DNA of 64,000 nt from contig JADFWP010000004.1 of assembly GCA_015234115.1 (NCBI GenBank), forward strand, positions 16,648 through 80,647, given 5' to 3'. Below the pieces are notes generated by a model that saw only the letters and a list, made by a program, of their open reading frames with translations, ran no database searches and was not told the origin of the DNA. Numbering within the stretch: the first letter of the stretch is position 1; the number at the start of each line of letters is the position of its first letter. This DNA comes from Magnetococcales bacterium (GTDB lineage: Bacteria; Pseudomonadota; Magnetococcia; Magnetococcales; Magnetaquicoccaceae). Below are positions 17,319 through 26,295 of the stretch, piece after piece. A program made the position numbers and the translations under genes.

Positions 17319-18839
17319 ATGTCGGATAAGAATGATCCTATGGATGAGATGGATGATCTCGGACTGGAGATGACCAGCAGCGAGCGCATGCAACGCATGC
17401 GTAAACTGATGCGTCAACTCTATCAGGAAGAAGAGGCGACCCACGCCATGACTCTTCCGCCCATCAAGTCCAAGTCTCTGATACTGGTCTCCAGTATCAG
17501 TGCGATTGTCTTTTTGATCGTGACCACCTTTTACAACTTCAACCGCTTTGTGGCGGCTGAGGAACAGGTGCTTTCTGCCCGTGGTCACATTCACGATGCT
17601 TTGCAACGCCGATCCAATCTGTTCGGCAATCTGGTCAATCTGACCTTGAACCATGCGATGCTGGAACAGGAAGTCTTTCGTTATGTTTCGGATGGTCGTC
17701 TGGGCATGATGGGCCAATCGACTCCATCCGGGCAGAAGAGTCCATCCGCTCAATCGGGGGAAACCAACGGATCCCAGCAACCGGCCAGCGCGAATCCCAC
17801 CGTGCCACCAAATCTGCTCCCGTCTGATGCACTGGCCCGACTTTTTGGTCTGGTTGAGCAATATCCTGACATCAAGACCTCGACCACCTATCAGCAGTTG
17901 ATGGACAAACTGATGGATATCGAGAACAAAATCGCTGAACGACGCGATGAATACAACACCGATGTCAAGTTTTACAATACCCTGATCACGACTTTTCCGT
18001 GGTCGATCATGGCCAGGATTCTGGGCTTTAATCGGTTTGACTACTTCAGGGCCGAAGCCGGACCGGACAATCTGAATATGGATCTGGATTCCAGGAAATT
18101 CATGCGCTTGATTCCGGAACAGGAGTTGACCAATCCGCATCACAAGGACCAGACAAGATCCGAACACAAGTCACCGTCGGCGGAGGCCAACAAGCCCGCT
18201 GCGATGCCATCCCTCCCGCTGGCTCCTGTGCCCATGCCGGTCAAACCCGCACCTGGAGTACCGGGAAACAACAGCAAGGGGTTGCCTTCCGGAGCCGTGG
18301 TGCCTGAAACCACGCCACCAGAGACCCAGGCACCGACCTCCGAACCCATGCCGCAACCGCAGAGCGGCAAGCGTTCCGACGCTGCGGTTTCCGGACCCGG
18401 CCAGGGGCATGGAACAGAGAATCTGGAGACGGAATCCAGGAAAAACATGCGCCTGATCTCGGAAAACCGCCTGACCAATACCCATCCAACGGACGGATCC
18501 AAACCGGAAGATGGGGAGGTCCGTGCGGAAGATCCCGTCACCAGTACCGACAAACTGGATAATGGGCAACCTGCCGAGCCGAACCGTGACGCGCCCGCTG
18601 CGGCCAGTCGGGATGCCAAGGGCAAATCCTCTGCGGTGACGCCTCAAAAAACGAATACGCAGAAGCCCCCCTCTCCAAAAGGGTCGGCCGGGGCGCCCTC
18701 CGCATCGAAAGGAAACAGCCCCTCGTCCGGGACCAGCTCGAAATCGACCAATACAGCCGCCTCAAAGGTGGCGGTGGCGGTCGTGAAACCCGACGATACC
18801 GTGATCACTCCAGACCCAACCGGAGTGCTCACCCCATGA
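17319..18839 (+). CDS. mamQ: Magnetosome protein MamQ (LemA domain) with a long disordered C-terminal extension
   Basis: TM, then FYNFNRF...LQRRSNLFGNLVNLTLNHA...VEQYPDIK...ENKIAERRDEYN...TFPW; about 240 extra Pro/Ser/Ala-rich residues. Confidence 0.9.
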   Translation: MSDKNDPMDEMDDLGLEMTSSERMQRMRKLMRQLYQEEEATHAMTLPPIKSKSLILVSSISAIVFLIVTTFYNFNRFVAAEEQVLSARGHIHDALQRRSNLFGNLVNLTLNHAMLEQEVFRYVSDGRLGMMGQSTPSGQKSPSAQSGETNGSQQPASANPTVPPNLLPSDALARLFGLVEQYPDIKTSTTYQQLMDKLMDIENKIAERRDEYNTDVKFYNTLITTFPWSIMARILGFNRFDYFRAEAGPDNLNMDLDSRKFMRLIPEQELTNPHHKDQTRSEHKSPSAEANKPAAMPSLPLAPVPMPVKPAPGVPGNNSKGLPSGAVVPETTPPETQAPTSEPMPQPQSGKRSDAAVSGPGQGHGTENLETESRKNMRLISENRLTNTHPTDGSKPEDGEVRAEDPVTSTDKLDNGQPAEPNRDAPAAASRDAKGKSSAVTPQKTNTQKPPSPKGSAGAPSASKGNSPSSGTSSKSTNTAASKVAVAVVKPDDTVITPDPTGVLTP

Positions 18840-18909
18840 ACAGAATGGTGTCAGTCAGAATCCGGGAATTGCCGGTTGCCATCGCTCCCTTTTTTCAGAA
18901 GGCACGCTC

Positions 18910-19791
18910 ATGAAATACCCGCACTGTATTCAATGTCGCGATGATGTGACGTGGTATTCCATCTGGTTCAATGTCTTCATGGTGGCCTACAAGGTGGTCA
19001 TGTCGCTGGTGACCAATTGTGCCGCTCTCATGGCCGATGCCTTTCACTCTTTGGCCGATCTTCTGGCCAGTGTCTTCACCTTGTTCAGTCTCCGGCTTTC
19101 GGACCGGCCGGCGGACGAGAAATTCGGTTACGGATATGGCAAGATCCAGCACATCTCTTCTGGAATTGTCGGTTTGATATTAGTGATCGGCTCGATTTTC
19201 ATTCTGGTGGATGCCCTGTTGAGCATCATCAACAACACCTTTGCCACACCAGACCGCATGGCCCTGCTGGGCGCGGTCGTTTCCACCATTGGCAATGAAC
19301 TGATGTATCAATATCAACGCTGTGTGGCGATCGAAAACAACAGCCCGGCCATCATGGCCAATGCGTGGGACAATCGATCCGATGCCTTTTCCTCGGTCGG
19401 CATGGTGGTGGGACTGTTCTTTGCCACGGTGCTGGATTTTCCCATTGCAGATCCGCTGGCCGCGATTCTGTTATCCCTGCTGGTCATCAAGATCGGGATC
19501 GAGTTGATCATAGAGGCAGTCAACAATTTGATGGATGCCTCTCCGGATGTGGAAGAACTGGAAGGGGTTTATGAAATCATTCGGACCTTTCCGCGAATTC
19601 TTGGAATCAACTATCTGCGGGCGCGGAGTCTGGGTGAAAGCTTGTATATCGAGGCGGATCTTCGGGTGAACAAGGATCTGAAGGTGTTTGAAGGCGATGT
19701 GATTCTGGAAGCCCTCAAGGAAAAAATCATCCAGAGCGTTGAGAATATTGGCAGCATTCAGTTTTATCTGACACCAGACATTCGGAAGTAG
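18910..19791 (+). CDS. mamB: Magnetosome CDF transporter MamB
   Basis: MKYPHCIQCRDDVTW, ALMADAFHSLAD, YGYGKIQ, NNSPAIMANAWDNRSDA. Confidence 0.94.
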   Translation: MKYPHCIQCRDDVTWYSIWFNVFMVAYKVVMSLVTNCAALMADAFHSLADLLASVFTLFSLRLSDRPADEKFGYGYGKIQHISSGIVGLILVIGSIFILVDALLSIINNTFATPDRMALLGAVVSTIGNELMYQYQRCVAIENNSPAIMANAWDNRSDAFSSVGMVVGLFFATVLDFPIADPLAAILLSLLVIKIGIELIIEAVNNLMDASPDVEELEGVYEIIRTFPRILGINYLRARSLGESLYIEADLRVNKDLKVFEGDVILEALKEKIIQSVENIGSIQFYLTPDIRK

Positions 19792-19802
19792 AGGGTGATG
19801 GC

Positions 19803-20366
19803 ATGAAACGGTCAATGGAACCAGGCGTTTGGATCGTTGTACTCGGCATGCTGTTTCTGTTCGGGGTGATCGTGGCTGCCCTGCTCCCGGATGGGTTCTG
19901 GGAGTCGGGAAAGAACCGGAGCGCCTCCCGGAATCCCTCTTCGGTCGTTGGATCCAATGCCATGACGCAACCCGCTTTGGATGGGCTGCAAATGATTCCG
20001 GTCGCTGCGGTTGCTCCTGCTGCCACCAACGGATCGGGTCTGGTGATGTTGCAACAAGCCCCGACTGTCAATTTCTCGGGTACGGTGCAGCAGATTTCCG
20101 AACAACCGCAAAGCGATGGACAATTGCATCTCTGGCTGACAGCGGCCAATGGCCAGGAGCAACGCATTTCGGTGGGACCGGGATGGTTTCTCAAATATCT
20201 TGGCTGTCCGCTTACCCATGATGTGACGGTGGATGGATCGGGTTTCTCCTTTGAACGCGGCGGGACCAGTCCATTGATCTACGCCAAAAGGATCCGCATG
20301 AACGGAAGAATCTGCCAACTGCGGAATGATGAAGGCTTTGCTCTCTGGTCCAATAAATTGCGTTAG
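19803..20366 (+). CDS. mamS: Magnetosome protein MamS
   Basis: N-terminal TM; FSGTVQQ...GQLHLW...ISVGPGWFLKYLGC...CQLRNDEGFALW. Confidence 0.9.
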   Translation: MKRSMEPGVWIVVLGMLFLFGVIVAALLPDGFWESGKNRSASRNPSSVVGSNAMTQPALDGLQMIPVAAVAPAATNGSGLVMLQQAPTVNFSGTVQQISEQPQSDGQLHLWLTAANGQEQRISVGPGWFLKYLGCPLTHDVTVDGSGFSFERGGTSPLIYAKRIRMNGRICQLRNDEGFALWSNKLR

Positions 20367-20370
20367 GTGG

Positions 20371-20889
20371 ATGATGATCCCCGCCCGATCCAAAACAACC
20401 GGCCTGTGGGCCATTCTTGCCGTGATCGCATTGATTGCGTTCATCGGATTGGGCCTGTGGGGGTCTGGAGGTTCATGGTCGCAGTTCTGGTCCTCCTGGA
20501 TGAACCAGGAACCGACTGCCCAGGTCGAGGGAGAGGTTTTTGGCGCCATTCCCAAACCGACCCAGCCATCGCTCAAGGAACCGGTGCTGCAACTGGTCAA
20601 TCCACCGTCCAATTCGTTGCAGCGCATGTTGGTCAAGCGCATCCCGACCATCAATCCGGGTGCCAGCATGCCGCATCCCTCCTGGGGGCCATGCACCAAC
20701 TGCCATCTGATTCGCGGAGGCGCACCACCGGGCAGTCAACCCGCCACACCCGTTGCCAAGGTGTGGGAACAGGTTTCTGCCTATTACAAGGTGGGACCAC
20801 CGATTCTACCGAACTCGACCAGACCCCATCCACCATCAGGGCGCTGCATCAAATGCCATGATATTCTGGTGTATGTACAAATCAAGTAA
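20371..20889 (+). CDS. mamT: Magnetosome protein MamT (two magnetochromes)
   Basis: TM; IPTINPGASMPHPSWGPCTNCH and PPILPNSTRPHPPSGRCIKCH. Confidence 0.93.
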   Translation: MMIPARSKTTGLWAILAVIALIAFIGLGLWGSGGSWSQFWSSWMNQEPTAQVEGEVFGAIPKPTQPSLKEPVLQLVNPPSNSLQRMLVKRIPTINPGASMPHPSWGPCTNCHLIRGGAPPGSQPATPVAKVWEQVSAYYKVGPPILPNSTRPHPPSGRCIKCHDILVYVQIK

Positions 20890-20909
20890 GATCAAAAGGA
20901 GCGACTGGA

Positions 20910-21836
20910 ATGGCACAGAACGCACTCTCGGCTGAAACTGGACTCCAGAACCGGATCACCCTGATGGAAGATCTGCTCAAGAAGGTGGTGGAGGTTCATC
21001 TTTCCACGGCAGTTCATGTCAAAAGCCTGGATGAAAAATTCAGCAAGATGGAATTGACCTCGGCGACCCTCACCAAACTGGTGCGCAAAGTAGAGGGGTT
21101 GGCGGATGGGGAGCAGATGGTCTCATCGACCCGCTCGATCATGACCGACGAGATGAAAAGTGGATTGGCTGACTTGCGCAAGGATGTTGCCGAGTTGCAA
21201 CAGATGATGGCCAAACTGCTGGAAAAAAGCGGGGATGGTCAACTGGTCGCCTCGGCCCCGATGGTGGAAAAACTGGATGCACTCTCCCAGGTTCCGGATC
21301 TTTTCGACAAGTTCCAAAGTCAGCAGAGCACCATTCTCCAGACCCTGGAGAAGCGTATCGATCCCCGATTGATGATCTATCTGAAGCCCTTGATCGAAAT
21401 GCTCGAAGAGGAAGGGCTTCAGGCCGAGGTGATGAAAAACAATGCCCTGCAACAGTTGAATGATGTGTTGACAGGCAACAGTTCTGGAACGAATCGTGAA
21501 ATCTCCGAGACGCTGCAAAATGTCAGCAAGGAGATCGAGAAATGTCAGGCTGCTTTTGAGCGGACCCAACAGGCGTTACAGATTGTCGTGACACCATTCC
21601 AAAATATTGGCCAGTTGTTCCGGGGCAATCTGGAGACCATTGTCCAGGCTCATGACCTGATGGCGCAACTCCATGAAGATTTCCCAAAATTCCTGGAAGA
21701 GATGCGCAGGATGCATCAGGTGCATGCACAGCAGGTGGAACGAATGAAACAGATGGAATTGATGAAACATATGGAACATCTGGAACAACTCAAACAGATG
21801 GAGCAAACGATTCAAGGAGACAAGCTCAACGGTTGA
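20910..21836 (+). CDS. Hypothetical coiled-coil protein directly downstream of mamT
   Basis: 308 aa rich in L/E/Q/K with heptad-like pattern, no TM; AAGGAG RBS; 20 bp after mamT. Confidence 0.8.
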   Translation: MAQNALSAETGLQNRITLMEDLLKKVVEVHLSTAVHVKSLDEKFSKMELTSATLTKLVRKVEGLADGEQMVSSTRSIMTDEMKSGLADLRKDVAELQQMMAKLLEKSGDGQLVASAPMVEKLDALSQVPDLFDKFQSQQSTILQTLEKRIDPRLMIYLKPLIEMLEEEGLQAEVMKNNALQQLNDVLTGNSSGTNREISETLQNVSKEIEKCQAAFERTQQALQIVVTPFQNIGQLFRGNLETIVQAHDLMAQLHEDFPKFLEEMRRMHQVHAQQVERMKQMELMKHMEHLEQLKQMEQTIQGDKLNG

Positions 21837-21884
21837 CAAGGGGCTGTTGCATTCAATCTTCCTGAGACAGAAAAGAGGTTCGCC

Positions 21885-22481
21885 ATGTTGCAACTGATTC
21901 CCTATGGTCTGGCTGCTGTCGTAGGTGGACTGCTCGGAAAGAAATATTTCCCGATCCTGACGGATCAAGCCCTGAGCCGTTCCTCCTCACAACCGGAACT
22001 CCTGCCAACCGCCACTTCCTCGTCGATTCAGTTTCTGGGCGAGACCGTGGTGCGGGAGGATTCCATTGTTCTGGCAACCGAGGAGGTGCCGCTGGACAAT
22101 CGCCATGGCAACAAGGTGTTGAGCAGCGAACATGAATTCACGCGCACGGCCAATATCCGCCTGGAGGTCGGCCAGCAAATGGCGCAAGCCAACCAGTTCA
22201 AGGGATCGATCTGGATGGTACTGGAAAGCATGGTTCAAAAGGAGTTGAAACGCAATCTGCAGATCGAATTTGGCACCCAGATCACCCGGCGCGTCAAGAT
22301 CACCTTTTCCACCGATCCCGGCTTCATGGTCCGCTATCGATTGATCTGGAAACAGACCTCCCGGCGTGGTTTCTTCGATGTGAGGGTTGGCGCCGAGAAA
22401 CATGTCATTCCTTATCTTGTCACCTTCGGGTTGTATCATGCGGTCGAGAGTCTGGCGGAGGGAGGGGATGGAGGAACATGA
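21885..22481 (+). CDS. Hypothetical protein with Gly-rich N-terminal anchor and beta-rich body (possible aerolysin/ETX-MTX2-like fold)
   Basis: 198 aa; GAGG RBS; MLQLIPYGLAAVVGGLLGKK anchor; overlaps the next gene. The fold is inference. Confidence 0.7.
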   Translation: MLQLIPYGLAAVVGGLLGKKYFPILTDQALSRSSSQPELLPTATSSSIQFLGETVVREDSIVLATEEVPLDNRHGNKVLSSEHEFTRTANIRLEVGQQMAQANQFKGSIWMVLESMVQKELKRNLQIEFGTQITRRVKITFSTDPGFMVRYRLIWKQTSRRGFFDVRVGAEKHVIPYLVTFGLYHAVESLAEGGDGGT

Positions 22482-25400
22482 AGCGGAAATCATCCTGATT
22501 GCCGCTGCGCAGACCGAGGAATCCGCACGGTTCAAGAGCATTCTGGCAGAACGGTACACCGTTCTTTCTGTCGAGGATGAGGATACCCTGTTGCAACGTG
22601 TCAGACAACCTCCCTTGCCGACCGTTGTCCTGCTGGATGCGCAGCATACGCAACTGAACAGCTATGAAATTTGTCGTTTGTTGAAGTCTAAAAAAAACGA
22701 AGCGGTTCCTGTGATTGTTTATTCAAATGCATACGATCTTAATAATGAAAGTTTTGCCTTTGACCAGGGTGCGGATGATTTTATTGTATTCCCGACCGAG
22801 CCATCCATTTTATTGCAGCGTATTGGTGACTTGCATATTGGATGCTATAGAACCAAAAAAGAGTTGCTGCGATCCACACGCCATCTGCTGGAACAGGAGG
22901 CCCTGGCCAAAAATCTGATCGATTACAGTCTGGATGCGGTGGTGATTACCGACCTCCATGGCCGGGTCGTGGAATTCAATCGTGCGGCAGAAACCATGTT
23001 TGGCTTCCTGCGCACGGATGTGCTGGGCAAGGGCATCGAAGATTTGATCATTCCGGCAGAAGTCCGGAACACTCACCTGGAGAGCATGAAAAGATTGCGG
23101 GAGCAGGGTGATCTCTCTCCCCGCTTCTTGAAAAAATTGTATCAATATGGCTTGAATGCGCATGGAAATCGGGTGGAGTTCGAAATTGGTCTCTCTCTGG
23201 TTCAAATCAGGGAAGCCATGCATTGTGTGGCCTGCATTCGGGATACCACAGCCTACAGTCAGTTGATTCAGGCCATGCATGAAACCCTGTCCGTGGCCGA
23301 ACACAGTCATGTGGATAAATTAAGGGAAATCGAGCGCGTTGTCCGTTCCGAGCGCAAGGCCACCATCTCCTTGCAGACCCAGAAAACAGTCAACCAATTG
23401 CTGCGTCTGTCATTCGAGAGCGGCTCCTTGGGCGAGTTGATCAAACTGGCCATAGGTCATATCAAGGATCTGCCCTGGTTGGCTTCGGATAATATCCAAA
23501 TCGCCATTTTCTTACGGGATCGCCCAACCGGTGAATTCAATCTGATCAGTCAATCCCATGAAAACTTTTTCCCGGTTCGATATCGCTGCAGTAACGCTTC
23601 CAGCGAGTGTTCATCCTGTGTCACCTTCATGTTTCCGGATCAATTCCAAGAGATCTATTCGGACGGATCCAACCAGATCGTCGGAACGAATCTGGAGAAC
23701 AGAATCGATTATTGTGTTCCTCTCTATTCAGGTCAGGAAAATCTTGGCATCATGAGATTGATCGTTCCTGATTCGGTCATAAAAGATGTATTTAATAACT
23801 TAATGTTCGATTTGATCGGGCAAGCCATCGCCAATATTGTGGTACGATCCAGAATCATCCAGGAGTTGGAAGAGTCCCGTGAAAAAGCAGAAGCCGCCAG
23901 CAAGGCGAAAAGTGAATTTCTCGCAAATATGAGTCATGAAATCCGCAGTCCTCTGAATGCCATTATTGGCATGAGCGACCTGATACTCAACGCCCATTTG
24001 TCACAAGAGGAGATGGTCAACAATGTACAAATTGTCCACTCTTCCTCGCTCTCCTTGCTGGATCTGATCAACGGCATTCTGGATCTTTCCAAAATCGAAG
24101 CCGGACATCTGTTGTTGGAGTCGATTCCATTCGATTTGATCGGCCAGATGGAGGGAGTGTGCGAGATGCTGGCGATCAAAGCCCATCAGAAGGGATTGAG
24201 CTTCTATTGCTCGATTGCCCATGACCTGCCGCAGACCCTGGAAGGTGATCCACTGCGTCTTAAACAGATCATGGTCAATTTGATCAACAATGCCATCAAG
24301 TTCACTCATGAAGGAGAGATCCTGGTCGCCGTCAGACGTGCAGAAGAGATCGGTGAAGATTCTGATGCCTCAGCCATTGCCCTGCATTTTTCCGTCTCCG
24401 ATACCGGAATCGGCATCCCCGCCGAACAACAAAACCTGATCTTCCAGAGTTTTGTTCAGGCCGATGGATCGGTATCGCGCAAATATGGTGGAACCGGTTT
24501 GGGACTGACCATTTCCAAGCATCTGGTCCATATGATGGGTGGTTCGATGCAATTGTCGAGTCAGGTCAACCAGGGCAGTACCTTTCATTTCTCCATTCGG
24601 TTGGGTATGGGGAGACCAGGGGAGGGAACGGACTCCTGGCCGGATCAACGGCGCACTCAACGAACCTCCGACAACTCACACCCCTTGATCAAGCGACGGA
24701 TTCTGTTGGCAGATACCCATCCAACAGGCCGCAGGATTGTGCAAGACCAGTTGCATTATTTTGGTGCATCCGTCCATATCGTCAACGATACGGCTTCCAT
24801 GATTGAACAGTTGAAGGAAAATACTGCCAATCCCTATGATGCCGTTCTGGTTGATGAGAGCATTGTACGTGATTTCCAACATAGTCTAAGAGATTGTGCC
24901 CGAGCTTATCACGGGCGAGTAATCGTCATGATATCCTCCCATTTGACCTTGCGTAATTTCAATCTTGAGAAGTTCTTTTCCAATCCACTCTCCTTGAAAA
25001 AACCTGTCCGCTATTTTCAACTGCTTAAGAAAATTCAAACCATTCTCTCTCCAGCCAAAAGAGAGAACAAATCGAGGGACGATACCCATGAACCACTGCC
25101 CAGAGGAACCGATTTTCAACCACTGAATATTCTGCTGGTCGAAGACCTGGTTGCAAATCAAAAACTGGCTTTGTCGATACTGCTTTCCCAGGGACACCAG
25201 GTGGTTGTCGCCAACAATGGCATTGAGGCGCTGACCTATTTGAAAGCAAAAGGGCGTTGCGATTTGATTTTGATGGATCTCCAGATGCCTTTGATGGATG
25301 GATTTGAAACGACCCGTCGCATTCGAAGCGGATCCCAGGAGGAAGTGGGCAATCCTCATGTGCCAATCGTGGCCGTGACCGCCATGGTCATGATGAATGA

Positions 25401-25896
25401 GAAGGAAAAATGCTATCGGATGGGGATGAATGGCTTCTTGCTGAAACCTTATCTACCAAACGATCTGATCCGGGTTGTCAATGATTATGCATTGGAATTA
25501 AAGAAAAACCAAAAAAACATCCCTGCACAGAAGACACCGACACAGCACAAGGCCAACAGAATGCTGTTGAAGCCGGTAGAGTTGGATCAAGAGAGCCTGA
25601 AACGGCTGAAACAGACCTTTGTCGATGAGGCCCGTGACCAAATCGCACAACTGAAAAATGGATTGTCGCATCATGATTCCGGGCCAGCGATCCGGGCAGC
25701 GACTTGGCTGAAATCCACGGCTTCCCATATCGGAGCATCCCGTATCGCATCCCAATCCATCCGCCTGATTGGTCAGGTGGAAATGGATGCCTGGGAAGAG
25801 GCATCGACAATCTGCCAAAGTCTTGAAGAACATGTGGATGCGTTGATCATTTTCTTGAATGAGGAGGGAATACGCAATGAAAATATTAATTGCTGA
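22468..25896 (+). CDS. Cytoplasmic hybrid histidine kinase (REC-PAS-GAF-like-HisKA-HATPase-REC-REC-Hpt-like)
   Basis: [50 protein letters not shown]; ATG 22468 after GGAGGG. Confidence 0.92.
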   Translation: MEEHEAEIILIAAAQTEESARFKSILAERYTVLSVEDEDTLLQRVRQPPLPTVVLLDAQHTQLNSYEICRLLKSKKNEAVPVIVYSNAYDLNNESFAFDQGADDFIVFPTEPSILLQRIGDLHIGCYRTKKELLRSTRHLLEQEALAKNLIDYSLDAVVITDLHGRVVEFNRAAETMFGFLRTDVLGKGIEDLIIPAEVRNTHLESMKRLREQGDLSPRFLKKLYQYGLNAHGNRVEFEIGLSLVQIREAMHCVACIRDTTAYSQLIQAMHETLSVAEHSHVDKLREIERVVRSERKATISLQTQKTVNQLLRLSFESGSLGELIKLAIGHIKDLPWLASDNIQIAIFLRDRPTGEFNLISQSHENFFPVRYRCSNASSECSSCVTFMFPDQFQEIYSDGSNQIVGTNLENRIDYCVPLYSGQENLGIMRLIVPDSVIKDVFNNLMFDLIGQAIANIVVRSRIIQELEESREKAEAASKAKSEFLANMSHEIRSPLNAIIGMSDLILNAHLSQEEMVNNVQIVHSSSLSLLDLINGILDLSKIEAGHLLLESIPFDLIGQMEGVCEMLAIKAHQKGLSFYCSIAHDLPQTLEGDPLRLKQIMVNLINNAIKFTHEGEILVAVRRAEEIGEDSDASAIALHFSVSDTGIGIPAEQQNLIFQSFVQADGSVSRKYGGTGLGLTISKHLVHMMGGSMQLSSQVNQGSTFHFSIRLGMGRPGEGTDSWPDQRRTQRTSDNSHPLIKRRILLADTHPTGRRIVQDQLHYFGASVHIVNDTASMIEQLKENTANPYDAVLVDESIVRDFQHSLRDCARAYHGRVIVMISSHLTLRNFNLEKFFSNPLSLKKPVRYFQLLKKIQTILSPAKRENKSRDDTHEPLPRGTDFQPLNILLVEDLVANQKLALSILLSQGHQVVVANNGIEALTYLKAKGRCDLILMDLQMPLMDGFETTRRIRSGSQEEVGNPHVPIVAVTAMVMMNEKEKCYRMGMNGFLLKPYLPNDLIRVVNDYALELKKNQKNIPAQKTPTQHKANRMLLKPVELDQESLKRLKQTFVDEARDQIAQLKNGLSHHDSGPAIRAATWLKSTASHIGASRIASQSIRLIGQVEMDAWEEASTICQSLEEHVDALIIFLNEEGIRNENINC

Positions 25897-26293
25897 CGAT
25901 GAGTTGAACAACAGGAAACTGTTGCGTGATTATCTTAAAAAATATGCGCATTGTGACATGGTTAGCGATGGCAAGGCTGCCCTGGAATTGTTCACGGCCG
26001 ATCTGGAGGATGGGGATCCATACGATCTGGTCTTGTTGGATATCATCATGCCAGTCATGGATGGTCAAAAAACCTTGACCCGCATCCGGGCGGCAGAAAA
26101 GCGTCTTGCCCAGGATGCCCGGGAAACCCCCATCATCATGGTCACCGGGATGGATTCCTCATTGCAGGCCATGCAGGCCTATTTCAAGGGAGGATGCTCG
26201 GATTATCTGACCAAACCGGTAACCCGACAGGTCTTGCTGGAAAAATTGCGCAAGTTCAATCTGATCCCCGAAGAGGCCGGCGAGGAGGAGTGA
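25877..26293 (+). CDS. Single-domain (CheY-like) response regulator
   Basis: MKILIADDE...LVLLDIIMPVMDG...IIMVT...DYLTKP. Confidence 0.92.
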   Translation: MKILIADDELNNRKLLRDYLKKYAHCDMVSDGKAALELFTADLEDGDPYDLVLLDIIMPVMDGQKTLTRIRAAEKRLAQDARETPIIMVTGMDSSLQAMQAYFKGGCSDYLTKPVTRQVLLEKLRKFNLIPEEAGEEE

Positions 26294-26295
26294 CG

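Noticed and set aside
18840-18909. mamR between mamQ and mamB
   Set aside because: Only 70 bp separate the genes; there is no room for an ORF and no HTH-like sequence.
20910-21836. Calling this gene mamY or a named lineage-specific gene
   Set aside because: It has no N-terminal TM segments as MamY does, and I cannot verify orthology without a search.
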